The notes under the pieces were generated by a model that was given only the letters and a program-made list of their open reading frames with translations, was not told the origin of the DNA and searched no databases. Positions 19,629 through 28,906 of a DNA stretch of 64,000 nucleotides are shown piece after piece. Positions within the stretch are counted from its first letter, which is position 1. Every line of letters begins with the position of its first letter. This stretch comes from Kiritimatiellia bacterium (GTDB lineage Bacteria > Verrucomicrobiota > Kiritimatiellia > RFP12 > UBA1067), in the NCBI GenBank assembly GCA_050949565.1, contig JBMNFY010000007.1, positions 64,001-128,000 of the forward strand, read 5' to 3'. The position numbers were made by a program, and so were the translations under genes.

Positions 19629-20087
19629 CTACTCTGCTTCACCTGAATCACTATTCTGAATGCGTTGAATCAAATCAGTAAATGAAGACGCTATCGGCAT
19701 GATCGCACAACTGGGATCGGCTTCTTCATGGAACCACAGTACAATGTCTGGGCTAGTTTTCCCTGCGCCGTAGCGGAAACAAACATAATTTCCCGTTCCG
19801 TCATCAGCAATTGGGAGTAATCCAGCGGGCAGGCGATCACGATAAATATCAAGCAAGAGCAAGACGTTTTCTTTTGTATCGTTTTCCGAAAAACTGATGA
19901 ACGAGTTGATATCAAAAATGCTTCCATCTGGAAGAAGAAGTTCCGAAGGGTTCGGAATCGCCCCGTTGTACCGCCGTAGCCATGCTTTGAAATCTTCGGG
20001 CAGAGACCGCTCTAAAATAGACTCGATGCGAGAAATATCTTGCTCGGTTACCGGCGTTTGCATCAACATCCACTCAAGCTGTTTCAT
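19629..20087 (-). CDS. SMI1/KNR4 (SUKH) immunity protein
   Basis: IESILERSLPEDFKAWL..NG, LLPIADDGTGNYVCF, W.HE, IASSFTDLI. Confidence 0.92.
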   Translation of the reverse strand: MKQLEWMLMQTPVTEQDISRIESILERSLPEDFKAWLRRYNGAIPNPSELLLPDGSIFDINSFISFSENDTKENVLLLLDIYRDRLPAGLLPIADDGTGNYVCFRYGAGKTSPDIVLWFHEEADPSCAIMPIASSFTDLIQRIQNSDSGEAE

Positions 20088-21097
20088 GATTGAATTCCTT
20101 CCGTCGAATCGGTTTTTTTGAGGAGATCGCTTAAAGCTTGGTCATTAGCTGTCCGCACTGAGTCTAACTGTTGCCAGCGTGCTTTCGATTCAGCTTCCCG
20201 GCAGATTTGCTCTTGGATTTGCAACTGTTGCAAGCGATAACTCTCCCAACAGTAATCTACGAGAGCGCGCGTAGCCGCATAAGACAAGGTCGCCCCCCAG
20301 GTAGCCGGGCTTCCATAAAGAATCCGAATGCCATGAAACCAGCCGGGCGGCGGGGCTGCGGCCTGAGGAAGTAGTTTCGCTATGAGATATTCTGTGCTGA
20401 ATGCAGCTGTACCGCCCGCAACTGCTCGGGTTGTCGCCTGCGCAAAATGGTCAACATCCAATTCGCCATCGGCTAGCAACCCCGCCGAACTGGCGGCAAT
20501 GTCAAAGACCGCAACAGAACCCCATCGTAAAGCAGTCAAACGTAAGGCGCGTTTACTGTCGAATTGACCCCACGTCTTCGCGCCGCCTACATGATCAGTA
20601 GAATGTTCGTTTTTATCCACGAGTTGCATTCGGCCCCCTTTCCCATCGTGGTGCCATGCTTTTCCCCGCGGGGTTTTGCGTTGCTTTAGTATTAGTAGTT
20701 GAATGTCTTCCTCGGTAAGTTTAAGTTTCTTTATCAAATCTGGATTCTTCTTGCATGCTTCTAGGAGCTTCTCACTGCAGTGTTTTGCGTAGGAAGAACT
20801 GCGATATTGGGAAGGCTCTAGTTGAACATCAAACTGTGATTTGAACTTTGGAAATCCCCGCCAATCATAGTGAACTCCAGTGCGAGCATCAACTGTGTTT
20901 GCAAGCTTATGTAATTTTTGATAGTTCGCATTACTCAAGAAGTCGCTACGCAACAAAAAGGAACGTCCGTATGGCGCAAGGGTACCCGAAGACGACAATG
21001 CGTCTGATGCCGTAGAAGGGTCTGATGCATCCGCATAAGTAATTGAAAATGAGGTGCAAAGCACCACCAGAGCAAGTAAAACCTTAGAAGTCATCAA
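20084..21097 (-). CDS. Signal-peptide protein with WHH/colicin-DNase-type HNH nuclease and C-terminal hydrophobic helices
   Basis: TGVHYDWRGFPKF..TPRGKAWHHDGKGGRMQLVDKNEHSTDHVGGAKTWG; N-terminal LLALVVLCTSFSITYA. Confidence 0.85.
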   Translation of the reverse strand: MMTSKVLLALVVLCTSFSITYADASDPSTASDALSSSGTLAPYGRSFLLRSDFLSNANYQKLHKLANTVDARTGVHYDWRGFPKFKSQFDVQLEPSQYRSSSYAKHCSEKLLEACKKNPDLIKKLKLTEEDIQLLILKQRKTPRGKAWHHDGKGGRMQLVDKNEHSTDHVGGAKTWGQFDSKRALRLTALRWGSVAVFDIAASSAGLLADGELDVDHFAQATTRAVAGGTAAFSTEYLIAKLLPQAAAPPPGWFHGIRILYGSPATWGATLSYAATRALVDYCWESYRLQQLQIQEQICREAESKARWQQLDSVRTANDQALSDLLKKTDSTEGIQS

Positions 21098-22094
21098 GGG
21101 TTTTCCTTTTTTCTAAATTGCGTATTGCTTGATATCGCACCCGCTCTTTAGATTTGAGGGCATCGATACTGTCATAAAGCTCATAAAGCCTTTTTGTTAT
21201 TTCCCTTGAGAGCGAAGGTTCGGCAACAAGCGACACGTTTACCTCGCTCAGCCGCCTGTAAAGCTCCATTGCTTTGGCTTCATCCAACTTACGCGACACA
21301 TTCATTGGATCAGTTTCTCTATAAAGACCTTCGGCCCAGAGTGTATACTTGAGGCGCTGCCTTTCCCTCAGTACGGAAGCGGCATGACCTAGGTGAGCCA
21401 TTGCGGCCTCCCATTTCTCGCGAGCAGTTCCGGTTGCATCAGGAGAAAGAGACATCAGAATCTGACGTGCGGATTCGCACTCCTGAAGGCAGGTGCTTAA
21501 AAGTCCGTTTGCTTTGGCGTTTTCAATAATTGAGAGATTTTCTTTTTTTGCCTTTTCTACAGCCGAATTGATAATTACGATGGCCTTTTCAATTGAGTCC
21601 AGTGTTGTTGAAGCAGCGACAGTCGAAGACTCCTGATGATTTGAATCCGCCCTGTTTGCGTCATTGTCATCAGACAAGTTTGATTCCGTCTCAATTGTTT
21701 TAACGAGTTCTAAAGCCCATCTTTGGTCTTCAGCAGATAGCCACCCGAAGGGGATAGCCTGAATAATCGACAGCGCGTCAAGCTGAATGGCTTCACGCAT
21801 GAACGGGCTCACATCTTTATCAGGTACAGAGGCGATGCGTTTACGCGCAAGCTCAATCATCTGCTGGGCATGCTTTCGCTTTTCCACTTCATACTTCGCA
21901 TCAGTAATGAGGGCCTGGATGACTTGCTTGTCAACATCCTTGTTAGGATTCGCCAACAAGGCTTCCAGACGTACAATTCTGTCCTGCGGCGAGAGCGTGT
22001 GGTTGTTCCGAATTTCGGATAATGTGTCCGCCCTTGCAGAAAAAACCGTCAGCAGCCCCCCGAATGATAAAATTGAAAGGATTATGGTTCTCAT
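21084..22094 (-). CDS. Secreted alpha-helical hypothetical protein
   Basis: Signal peptide ending ARA; helical/coiled-coil composition; overlaps both neighbours. Confidence 0.75.
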   Translation of the reverse strand: MRTIILSILSFGGLLTVFSARADTLSEIRNNHTLSPQDRIVRLEALLANPNKDVDKQVIQALITDAKYEVEKRKHAQQMIELARKRIASVPDKDVSPFMREAIQLDALSIIQAIPFGWLSAEDQRWALELVKTIETESNLSDDNDANRADSNHQESSTVAASTTLDSIEKAIVIINSAVEKAKKENLSIIENAKANGLLSTCLQECESARQILMSLSPDATGTAREKWEAAMAHLGHAASVLRERQRLKYTLWAEGLYRETDPMNVSRKLDEAKAMELYRRLSEVNVSLVAEPSLSREITKRLYELYDSIDALKSKERVRYQAIRNLEKRKTLDDF

Positions 22095-23197
22095 TTCAAA
22101 GGCCCGAATGTTTCAAAAGCAACGAAACTTTTGTCTGCGACATCATCGGCCGATGCCTTACCGATGAATGCCCAGCTCTTGCCATCAATCTTGCCAATTT
22201 TTGACGAGAAAACTAAGGCGTCTCGACGAACGCGGTTTTTCTTGTAAATAAGCACTTCCGTACCATCGCCTGTATTCTTGAGAACGGTAATGATCGGAAT
22301 TTTAACGTTGATGTCTGTTGTAAGCGCAAAAGGAGCCTCCTTCCGAAATGGATACTCATTGGCACCTTGTTTGAGCACGACATAATACTTCGCACTGTCA
22401 ACCTTCTTCCCGCCTTTCAAAGCCGCTGCCTGACTCAGGTGGATGCTTCGAATCCGCACAATATACCTCTCGCCAAGCGCTAAATTTCCCTGCTCAACCG
22501 GGGTCTTCGCTTCGCGAAGTCGAAACGCTACGGACGCTGTATGTTTTTCTCCTAGATTAGTCTCGTCGTAATCAAGCCTGCCGTTAAGCGGGAACTCTTC
22601 ACTTTCCGGACATTTCATCTCAAATACAATCCGATCATTGGCTGACAACGCTCCGGTCGCGGTACCCGCAGCAATTCCTGTGCAACCTCCAATGACCGCA
22701 CCGATGAGTGCCCCAGCAGGAGCACCCAGCCCTCCAGTAAAGACTCCGGCAGCTATGCCACCGATGAGAGCTCCTACGCCTATTAATCCCACGACACCAA
22801 TTCTGCCAGCCGTTGCCGATGCCTCAACTTCTTCAGAGATCTCAACTTTTTTATCGGAAAAAAACACATTGATGCTGATCGTGTTCCCTTTTTCCCACAG
22901 CAATGCGGGCATCGCGTCATGCGTTGCCGGCCATTCAAAAACAGTCTGATTTCTGCGTACCTTTTTCTTCGGTGATGTCCACACAGGCACCCCATCGCTT
23001 TTGATGACAAGATAAACGTACGTGCTAGACAGTATAGCTAGGTGTTTTTTGGAAGCCTTTTCCTGAAAATAACGCGGCATCGTTATTGATTGCAGTTGCG
23101 TTGCGTACAGTTTTGCACCTTCGGCTTGCTCCGCCGCATAAGCGCCTAGAGACACCACGAGGCTAAGAATGATGGTCGTCAGCAGGGTTCTGGACAT
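22091..23197 (-). CDS. Secreted protein with central glycine-zipper hairpin
   Basis: Signal peptide ending AYA; GALIGGIAAGVFTGGLGAPAGALIGAVIGGCTGIAAG; GAGGAG RBS. Confidence 0.75.
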   Translation of the reverse strand: MSRTLLTTIILSLVVSLGAYAAEQAEGAKLYATQLQSITMPRYFQEKASKKHLAILSSTYVYLVIKSDGVPVWTSPKKKVRRNQTVFEWPATHDAMPALLWEKGNTISINVFFSDKKVEISEEVEASATAGRIGVVGLIGVGALIGGIAAGVFTGGLGAPAGALIGAVIGGCTGIAAGTATGALSANDRIVFEMKCPESEEFPLNGRLDYDETNLGEKHTASVAFRLREAKTPVEQGNLALGERYIVRIRSIHLSQAAALKGGKKVDSAKYYVVLKQGANEYPFRKEAPFALTTDINVKIPIITVLKNTGDGTEVLIYKKNRVRRDALVFSSKIGKIDGKSWAFIGKASADDVADKSFVAFETFGPLK

Positions 23198-23296
23198 GTC
23201 TTTCTCCTCTATCGCTTGTTAAACGGTGTGTTGGGTTCAATTTCGCGCACACGCGACATCAACCCAAAATTTTCCTCAAAACTCCTAACTTCTGGA

Positions 23297-23326
23297 ATAG
23301 TATTGTTTTCATTGAGGGCTTGTCAA
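23297..23326 (-). promoter_or_regulatory. Sigma70-like promoter of the toxin operon
   Basis: Minus strand TTGACA-18 bp-TACTAT. Confidence 0.55.
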
Positions 23327-23487
23327 ACGCTGTTTTCAATCGTGGCGCGATCATGATCGATTAGTAACAGGGGCATGCGAGTCGAGTGCGCGTTTTGTTG
23401 CGCAGTCGGGGGCAATGCCCTCAAAAAAACCTTTGTGCCCTTTGTGCCTTTGTGTGAGATTGGCACGCCTCGCGAAATAGGCGCGCG

Positions 23488-24297
23488 TTACGCGTCTTCG
23501 AGGGCGACCGGGTTGGTGAGTTCACCGATGCCGTCGATAGCGACGGTCACGGTGTCGCCCGCCGCGAGATAAAGCGGCGGTATGCGCGAGAAGCCAGCCC
23601 CGGCAGGGGTGCCGGTGAAGATCGCCGTGCCGGCCGGCAACGTGGTGCTGCCGCTCAGGAAGACGATCAGGTCGACCACGCTGAAGATGTGGTCCGCCGT
23701 GTTGGAGCATTGGCGCAGGTCGCCGTTGACCCAAGCCTTCAGGGCGAGGTTCTGTGGATCGGGAATCTCGTCGCGGGTGACGATCACGGGGCCGAGCGGC
23801 GCGAAGGTATCGAAGGATTTGCCGCGGCACCACTGATTACCGCCAAAGCTCTTTTGCCAGTCGCGCGCCGTGACGTCATTGCCGCAGGTGTAGCCCAGCA
23901 CATAATCAAGTGCATTGTCAGGCGTGGCATTCTTACACGGCTTGCCGAGAATCACGACCAACTCGGCCTCATAGTCCACTTGGGTGCTGGGCAGATGCGT
24001 GGGGATGAGGATCGGATCGCCGGGGTGCTGCACGCTCCACGGGCTTTTCATGAAGAGCACCGGATGCTCCGGAATCGGCTGCCGCGTCTCGTGGGCGTGG
24101 GCGCGGAAGTTGAGGCCGATCGCCAAGATGACGGGCGGCTGGAGCGGGGCGAGCAGCTTGGCGACGCGCTCGCGGCGTCCGCTGGGCTGCCAAGATCCGA
24201 AGAGGTCGCCGATGATCGGCTCGGCCGAGCCGTCGGGATGGAGGATGCCGGTCTGCGGTTCGGCGCAGGTGTCTGTCAGGAAGCGAATGATTTTCAT
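23488..24297 (-). CDS. Fumarylacetoacetate hydrolase family protein
   Basis: IGLNF, LFMK, DYEAEL, GNDVTARD, GKSFDTFAPLGP, TGTP. Confidence 0.92.
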   Translation of the reverse strand: MKIIRFLTDTCAEPQTGILHPDGSAEPIIGDLFGSWQPSGRRERVAKLLAPLQPPVILAIGLNFRAHAHETRQPIPEHPVLFMKSPWSVQHPGDPILIPTHLPSTQVDYEAELVVILGKPCKNATPDNALDYVLGYTCGNDVTARDWQKSFGGNQWCRGKSFDTFAPLGPVIVTRDEIPDPQNLALKAWVNGDLRQCSNTADHIFSVVDLIVFLSGSTTLPAGTAIFTGTPAGAGFSRIPPLYLAAGDTVTVAIDGIGELTNPVALEDA

Positions 24298-25424
24298 GCG
24301 GGTATCGTAGCAGGTTTTTCTAGAATCGTGTCAAGCAGGGACGAGACGTCATCCGCCGTGACGGGGCGGGGATTGGCGGCGGTCGAACCCGAGGCGAGCG
24401 TCTCGCGGATGAAGGCCTCGCGGTCGGCCACCTGTTGGCCGGCAAAGGGATTTTTCAGTTCCATCGCCGTCATCCAAGCGGCGATCTGCGCTTCCACGTC
24501 CAGCCCGTGCTGTGATTTAAGCGTGTTGAGATCGCGAGCCACGGCTTTCCGGTTGAAGGCAAGACAGGCTGGCAGGCAGCAAGCGCAGACCAGCCCGTGC
24601 GCGACGTTGAAGCGCACGCCCAGCGGGTGAGCGAGACCGTGGATGATGCCCAGGCGCGCGTGCGACAGCGCGACGCCCGCCAGATAACTCGCCTCCAGCA
24701 TCTCGCCTGCCAGATCGCTGTTGCCTTGATAGAACGGCAGCAACGCGCGTGCAATGCGTGTCAAGGCCAGTTCCGAGAGCGCCCGCGTGAAGGGCGTGGC
24801 GTGCAGGCTGGTGTAGGACTCAAAGGCCTGCACGAAGGCGTCGAATCCCGCCGCCGCGCGCGTGTTCGACGGACAGCACCGGAGCAGGCAGGGGTCGAGG
24901 ATCACCAGACGCGGCATGTAGGAGGGATGGCGGATCGATTGTTTCACGGTTCGCGACGGGTCGGTCAGCACCGACACCACCGTAGCTTCCGCGCCGGTAC
25001 CGGCGGTGGTGGGCGCCGCGATCAGTGGCAGTGCCGCCGGGGGAATCGACGCCGGATGCATCTGGTAAAACGCGGTGTTTTCCGGCGCGTCCAGCAGTCC
25101 CGCCGCCGCCTTGGCCAGATCGATCACACTGCCGCCGCCGACTGCCGCCACCCAATCGGGACGGTCGGCTTTCAGATCGGCGCGCAGTGCATCGACCGCG
25201 TCGACGGTCGGTTCGTTACCGGCATGGCGCCAAGCGCGAACTCGCATGCCGAACGGTGGCTCGTTTAAGATCGCGTCCAGTAGCTCGGAGCGTTGCAACG
25301 AACAACCGTGAACCAATACACCGCTCGAACCGAACTCAGCGGCAAGGTTGGTGAGGCGCAACACCGCGCCTTCAGCGGCGACGGTCCGTTGCGGCAGGAG
25401 CAGGGATGCGGGCAAAAGATTCAT
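24294..25424 (-). CDS. Iron-containing alcohol dehydrogenase
   Basis: VGGGSVIDLAK, PTTAGTGAE, GIIHGLAH..HG. Confidence 0.9.
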   Translation of the reverse strand: MNLLPASLLLPQRTVAAEGAVLRLTNLAAEFGSSGVLVHGCSLQRSELLDAILNEPPFGMRVRAWRHAGNEPTVDAVDALRADLKADRPDWVAAVGGGSVIDLAKAAAGLLDAPENTAFYQMHPASIPPAALPLIAAPTTAGTGAEATVVSVLTDPSRTVKQSIRHPSYMPRLVILDPCLLRCCPSNTRAAAGFDAFVQAFESYTSLHATPFTRALSELALTRIARALLPFYQGNSDLAGEMLEASYLAGVALSHARLGIIHGLAHPLGVRFNVAHGLVCACCLPACLAFNRKAVARDLNTLKSQHGLDVEAQIAAWMTAMELKNPFAGQQVADREAFIRETLASGSTAANPRPVTADDVSSLLDTILEKPATIPA

Positions 25425-25465
25425 AAGGATTTTCTCTGAAGATAAAGATGTGGGTACGGGTAGAC

Positions 25466-25819
25466 TCAGGCAACCTGCACGATGATGGCGGCGATGACCA
25501 GCGGTTCGCTGCCGGTGTTTTCGACGCCGTGTGAAGCGCCCTTGCCGGTCAGGATCGCGTCGCCGGGCTGGATGGGCACCCATTTGCCCTGCTCTTCGAT
25601 AAGTCCGCTGCCGGAGAGAACCAGATAGATCTCGTCCTCGCCGTCGTGCGTGTGGCTGCCGATAGAGCCGCCGGGCTCAATCGTCAAGCGTGCGCAAAGT
25701 CGCGCCTTGGCACTGAACGCTTCGGGCTTGAACCAGTGCTCGACCTTAACCGTACCTTTGCCACCGCGCATGTTTGGACGGAGTTCCATTTGAAGCGCAT
25801 CATTTCTCGCAATCATCAC
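25466..25819 (-). CDS. Cupin-domain protein
   Basis: SIGSHTHDGEDEIY, GASHGVEN; GAGGAGG RBS. Confidence 0.88.
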   Translation of the reverse strand: MMIARNDALQMELRPNMRGGKGTVKVEHWFKPEAFSAKARLCARLTIEPGGSIGSHTHDGEDEIYLVLSGSGLIEEQGKWVPIQPGDAILTGKGASHGVENTGSEPLVIAAIIVQVA

Positions 25820-25978
25820 AACCTCCTCTATTATTAAAACGTCATCTTAGCATATGAGCGCTGTCGGACGAATCGTTTTTTGAAGAGATCATTTGGGCCG
25901 CGGTTACGCGCTTATTCGTGAAGGGCCGAAAGTACGGCTTGCGGATTCTTTGCTGCCACGGTGAGGAGCGCTCGCCAA

Positions 25979-26550
25979 ATCGGGATCGGGATCGCTATCG
26001 AAATCGGAACCGATTGGCGAACAGCAGAGCAGGGCTTTTACACTCATCATTGCGACCACTGGGTGGCCGCAATAAGAGGTGGTTGACTCGCGACTTGCGA
26101 CCTACGACGCGCGCGATACCGATAGCGATACCGATCCCGATACCGATAGCGATGCGCTGCAAGTTTGAAGTGACCTTTCTGGCCACCATGCCTTTCGCTC
26201 CCGGACCCAGGGCTGCGCTACGTTTGCCCTGGCTAAGGTGATGCCGCCCCTTCGGGGCTGTGATTCCGCGCACGGCGCGGAAGGCGGCTCGCGGGGACGC
26301 TCGCCCTCCAACCTATGATCGGACTTGCGGAGCGCCGGGAGGGACGAACGTCTGCTCTGAAAGTTTGGCTAAAGAATTTGGAGTGCGTGCGGCAAGCGGT
26401 ATTCCGCGCGACGCCGCTTTTCAAGCATGAGTACGGCGGCAGGGCGGTGCGCAAAAGCGGTGCCGCGAATCGCACGTAGCGCGACTCTTGTCACCGCACT
26501 CCAACTTTCGCGCACCAAAACCTACTGCCTACTGCCCATTGCCTACTGCA
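25979..26550. repeat. Mosaic repeat region (inverted hexamer arrays, REP-like hairpins, TTGGAGTGC..GCACTCCAA element, CCTACTG array)
   Basis: Modules recur at 41135-41340 and 44748-44877. Confidence 0.8.
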
Positions 26551-26553
26551 GAT

Positions 26554-27375
26554 TTACATCAGACTTTGGATTTTGGCGCGGACGTAGGCTTGTACGTCTG
26601 CCTCGACCGGTTTGAAACACAGGTCGATGGGTTTGAATGTGTCGCCGCAAGCCGCGATTTCGGCCGCGACACGTTTGAGGAATAGGCTCTGCAACTCGGT
26701 GGCGATATTGATCTTGGCTACGCCGTTGTCAATAGCCAGCCGGAGCTGGTCTTCTGGGACGCCGGTACCGCCGTGAAGAACAAGCGGGACATCCACTTTC
26801 TCGCCGATTTCCCGCGCGCGCTCGATGTCCAGCATGGGTGCCTTTTTATAGAAGCCGTGGACTGTACCGATGGAGATGGCCAGGGCGTCGACACCGGTCT
26901 TCGAGACGAATTCGTGAGCCTCTGCGGCGGTGGATAGTTCGATCGTGCCGTCGCCGAAGGGCACGTGCCCGATCTCGGCTTCCAGCGTGACTCCGGCGTC
27001 GTGCGCGATGCGCGCGGCCTCGGCACTGAGCGCGATATTCTCAGCAAAAGAGAGCTTGGAGCCATCGATCATGACCGAGGTATAGCCGATTGCGATTGCC
27101 GCGCGGAGCTGTTCCAGCGATTCTCCGTGATCCAGATGCAGGACAACGGGAATGTCGGACTCCGATGCCAGACGCGTCACCATGGCTGCTATCAGGCTTG
27201 CGCGTTCATCTTTGAAAAGGCGTTGGTATACCTGAATGATCACAGGCGCTTTCAACGCTTCCGCCTCCTTGAAGACCGCGAGCACGGTCTCCAAGTTGGC
27301 GACGTTGAAGGCGGCCACGGCCCGCTTTTCAGCGCGGGCCTGTGGCAGGATTTCGTTAACCGTGACAAGAGGCAT
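26554..27375 (-). CDS. Class II fructose-bisphosphate aldolase family
   Basis: VVLHLDHG, SVMIDGS, AISIGTVHG, LVLHGGTG, KINIAT. Confidence 0.92.
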   Translation of the reverse strand: MPLVTVNEILPQARAEKRAVAAFNVANLETVLAVFKEAEALKAPVIIQVYQRLFKDERASLIAAMVTRLASESDIPVVLHLDHGESLEQLRAAIAIGYTSVMIDGSKLSFAENIALSAEAARIAHDAGVTLEAEIGHVPFGDGTIELSTAAEAHEFVSKTGVDALAISIGTVHGFYKKAPMLDIERAREIGEKVDVPLVLHGGTGVPEDQLRLAIDNGVAKINIATELQSLFLKRVAAEIAACGDTFKPIDLCFKPVEADVQAYVRAKIQSLM

Positions 27376-27383
27376 GATTTTCC

Positions 27384-28733
27384 TTATTTCACGAGCACGG
27401 GCTTGATGTCCAGCCAGCGGCAGAGTTCGAGCAGGTCGTTCTCGATGTCGGCGTGGATGATCGAGTAGTGGTGCTTGAAGCCCTCGGTCATGATCGTGTT
27501 GACCAGCCGCTCGGCGGTGCAGTCGAAACGGACGTTCAGCGGATTGCCGCGGATGAACGGCTCGGTGTCGAGCGCGGTGCCCTTGGCGATCAGCATGCGG
27601 TAGCCGTCGCCGTCTTCATCGAGCTGCGCCAGCGTGATCGGGCCGGCCTTCATCGAGAATTCGTTCGTGAGCCCTTTCTTGTTGCCGCCGTCCACGCGGA
27701 AGTGCTGGGATAGGGTGGTCTCCTCGAACTTGCGGCAGATGGCGGAGGGCGCCGCGCCGCAATGCCAGAGCACGGCCGTGTCTTGGTCGTAGTCGAATGA
27801 GATGAGGTCGGCGAAGAAGGGAATGCCGCCGCTCAGCGACGCTTCGATCTGCATCAGGACCGCGCCCAGCACGTCGCCTTCGCAACTGCTGACGAGGCGG
27901 TCGTTGTTGAGCATGCCGATCACGGCGCACGGCGCGATGCCGTAAATGTCCGACCACTCCGGCCAGCAGCGGATGGCGTATGCGGAGAGCGCGTACTTCT
28001 TGGCGGTCTTGCGGAACGATGCGTACATCCTTCCGGCGGGCTCGATATCCTTCTCGATCGTTTTGGCGCAGACGGCGGCGGTCTTGCGGACGGTGTCGAC
28101 GCCCTGCTTGACCTCAGCCTCGCTCAGTTTTTTGGCGGTGTCGACAATCTCGAGGAGGTCGATGATCTCGATCTCCGTGCCGAGCTTGGCGCGCAGCCGC
28201 ATCTCGTCGCAGTTGGAGGTGTAGAAGCCGGGGACGCGTCCGCCGACGAGGCCGACTTTGCCAGCGGCGAGGTCAGAGACGCACTTCAGGATTTCGAGGG
28301 GGCGCTTGACAAGCTCCCCGGCCTGTTCGGCCGGCCCGAAGACGAAGGTGTTCTTGCGGCCGAGTTGGCGCAGCGTGTGCACGGCCATGTTCGATCCGCA
28401 GAAGGAGTTCTGCGTCCACATGCGGTTGGCCTGCGGTTTTTCAGGCGTGGAGATCAGCACCACCGGCACCGGCAGTTCCTTGGCGATGACCGGAACGATC
28501 GCGCCGACCGGGAAGGTCGCCATGAAGACGATGACGGCGCTGACATCCTGCTTACGCAGGTCGGCGCAGAGCGCGGACGCCTCCGCTGCGGTCGTGGTCA
28601 GGCTGTCGTCGGCCACGATCTCGTAGGGGAGGGTCTTGAGACTGGCCAGCATGGTCTTGCGCAGGTTGTCGATCTCGGGCGTAGCCCAACTGGCTTTGGT
28701 AAGTGCGATGAATCCGACTTTGAATACTTTCAT
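27384..28733 (-). CDS. L-fucose/L-arabinose isomerase family protein
   Basis: NSFCG, AIRCWPE, SCEGD, LWHCG, GFKHHY. Confidence 0.8.
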   Translation of the reverse strand: MKVFKVGFIALTKASWATPEIDNLRKTMLASLKTLPYEIVADDSLTTTAAEASALCADLRKQDVSAVIVFMATFPVGAIVPVIAKELPVPVVLISTPEKPQANRMWTQNSFCGSNMAVHTLRQLGRKNTFVFGPAEQAGELVKRPLEILKCVSDLAAGKVGLVGGRVPGFYTSNCDEMRLRAKLGTEIEIIDLLEIVDTAKKLSEAEVKQGVDTVRKTAAVCAKTIEKDIEPAGRMYASFRKTAKKYALSAYAIRCWPEWSDIYGIAPCAVIGMLNNDRLVSSCEGDVLGAVLMQIEASLSGGIPFFADLISFDYDQDTAVLWHCGAAPSAICRKFEETTLSQHFRVDGGNKKGLTNEFSMKAGPITLAQLDEDGDGYRMLIAKGTALDTEPFIRGNPLNVRFDCTAERLVNTIMTEGFKHHYSIIHADIENDLLELCRWLDIKPVLVK

Positions 28734-28906
28734 TGATGGGTTTCCTTTGAGGCGCTTGCAAAACTTCTTGCTTGCGGGTGTGGCACGGGCATCTTGCCCG
28801 TGTTTCATGGGCGGGACGCCCATGCCACGAGGGTCTTGCAAGAGTCTCGTTTGGTTAGTGGTTAAGGACTGGTGAACCAGAGTGACCAAATTGACCGAAG
28901 TGACGG

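Noticed and set aside
19629-23197. T6SS/Rhs/CDI effector locus
   Set aside because: No PAAR, VgrG, Rhs, haemagglutinin or LXG features; proteins carry Sec-type signal peptides
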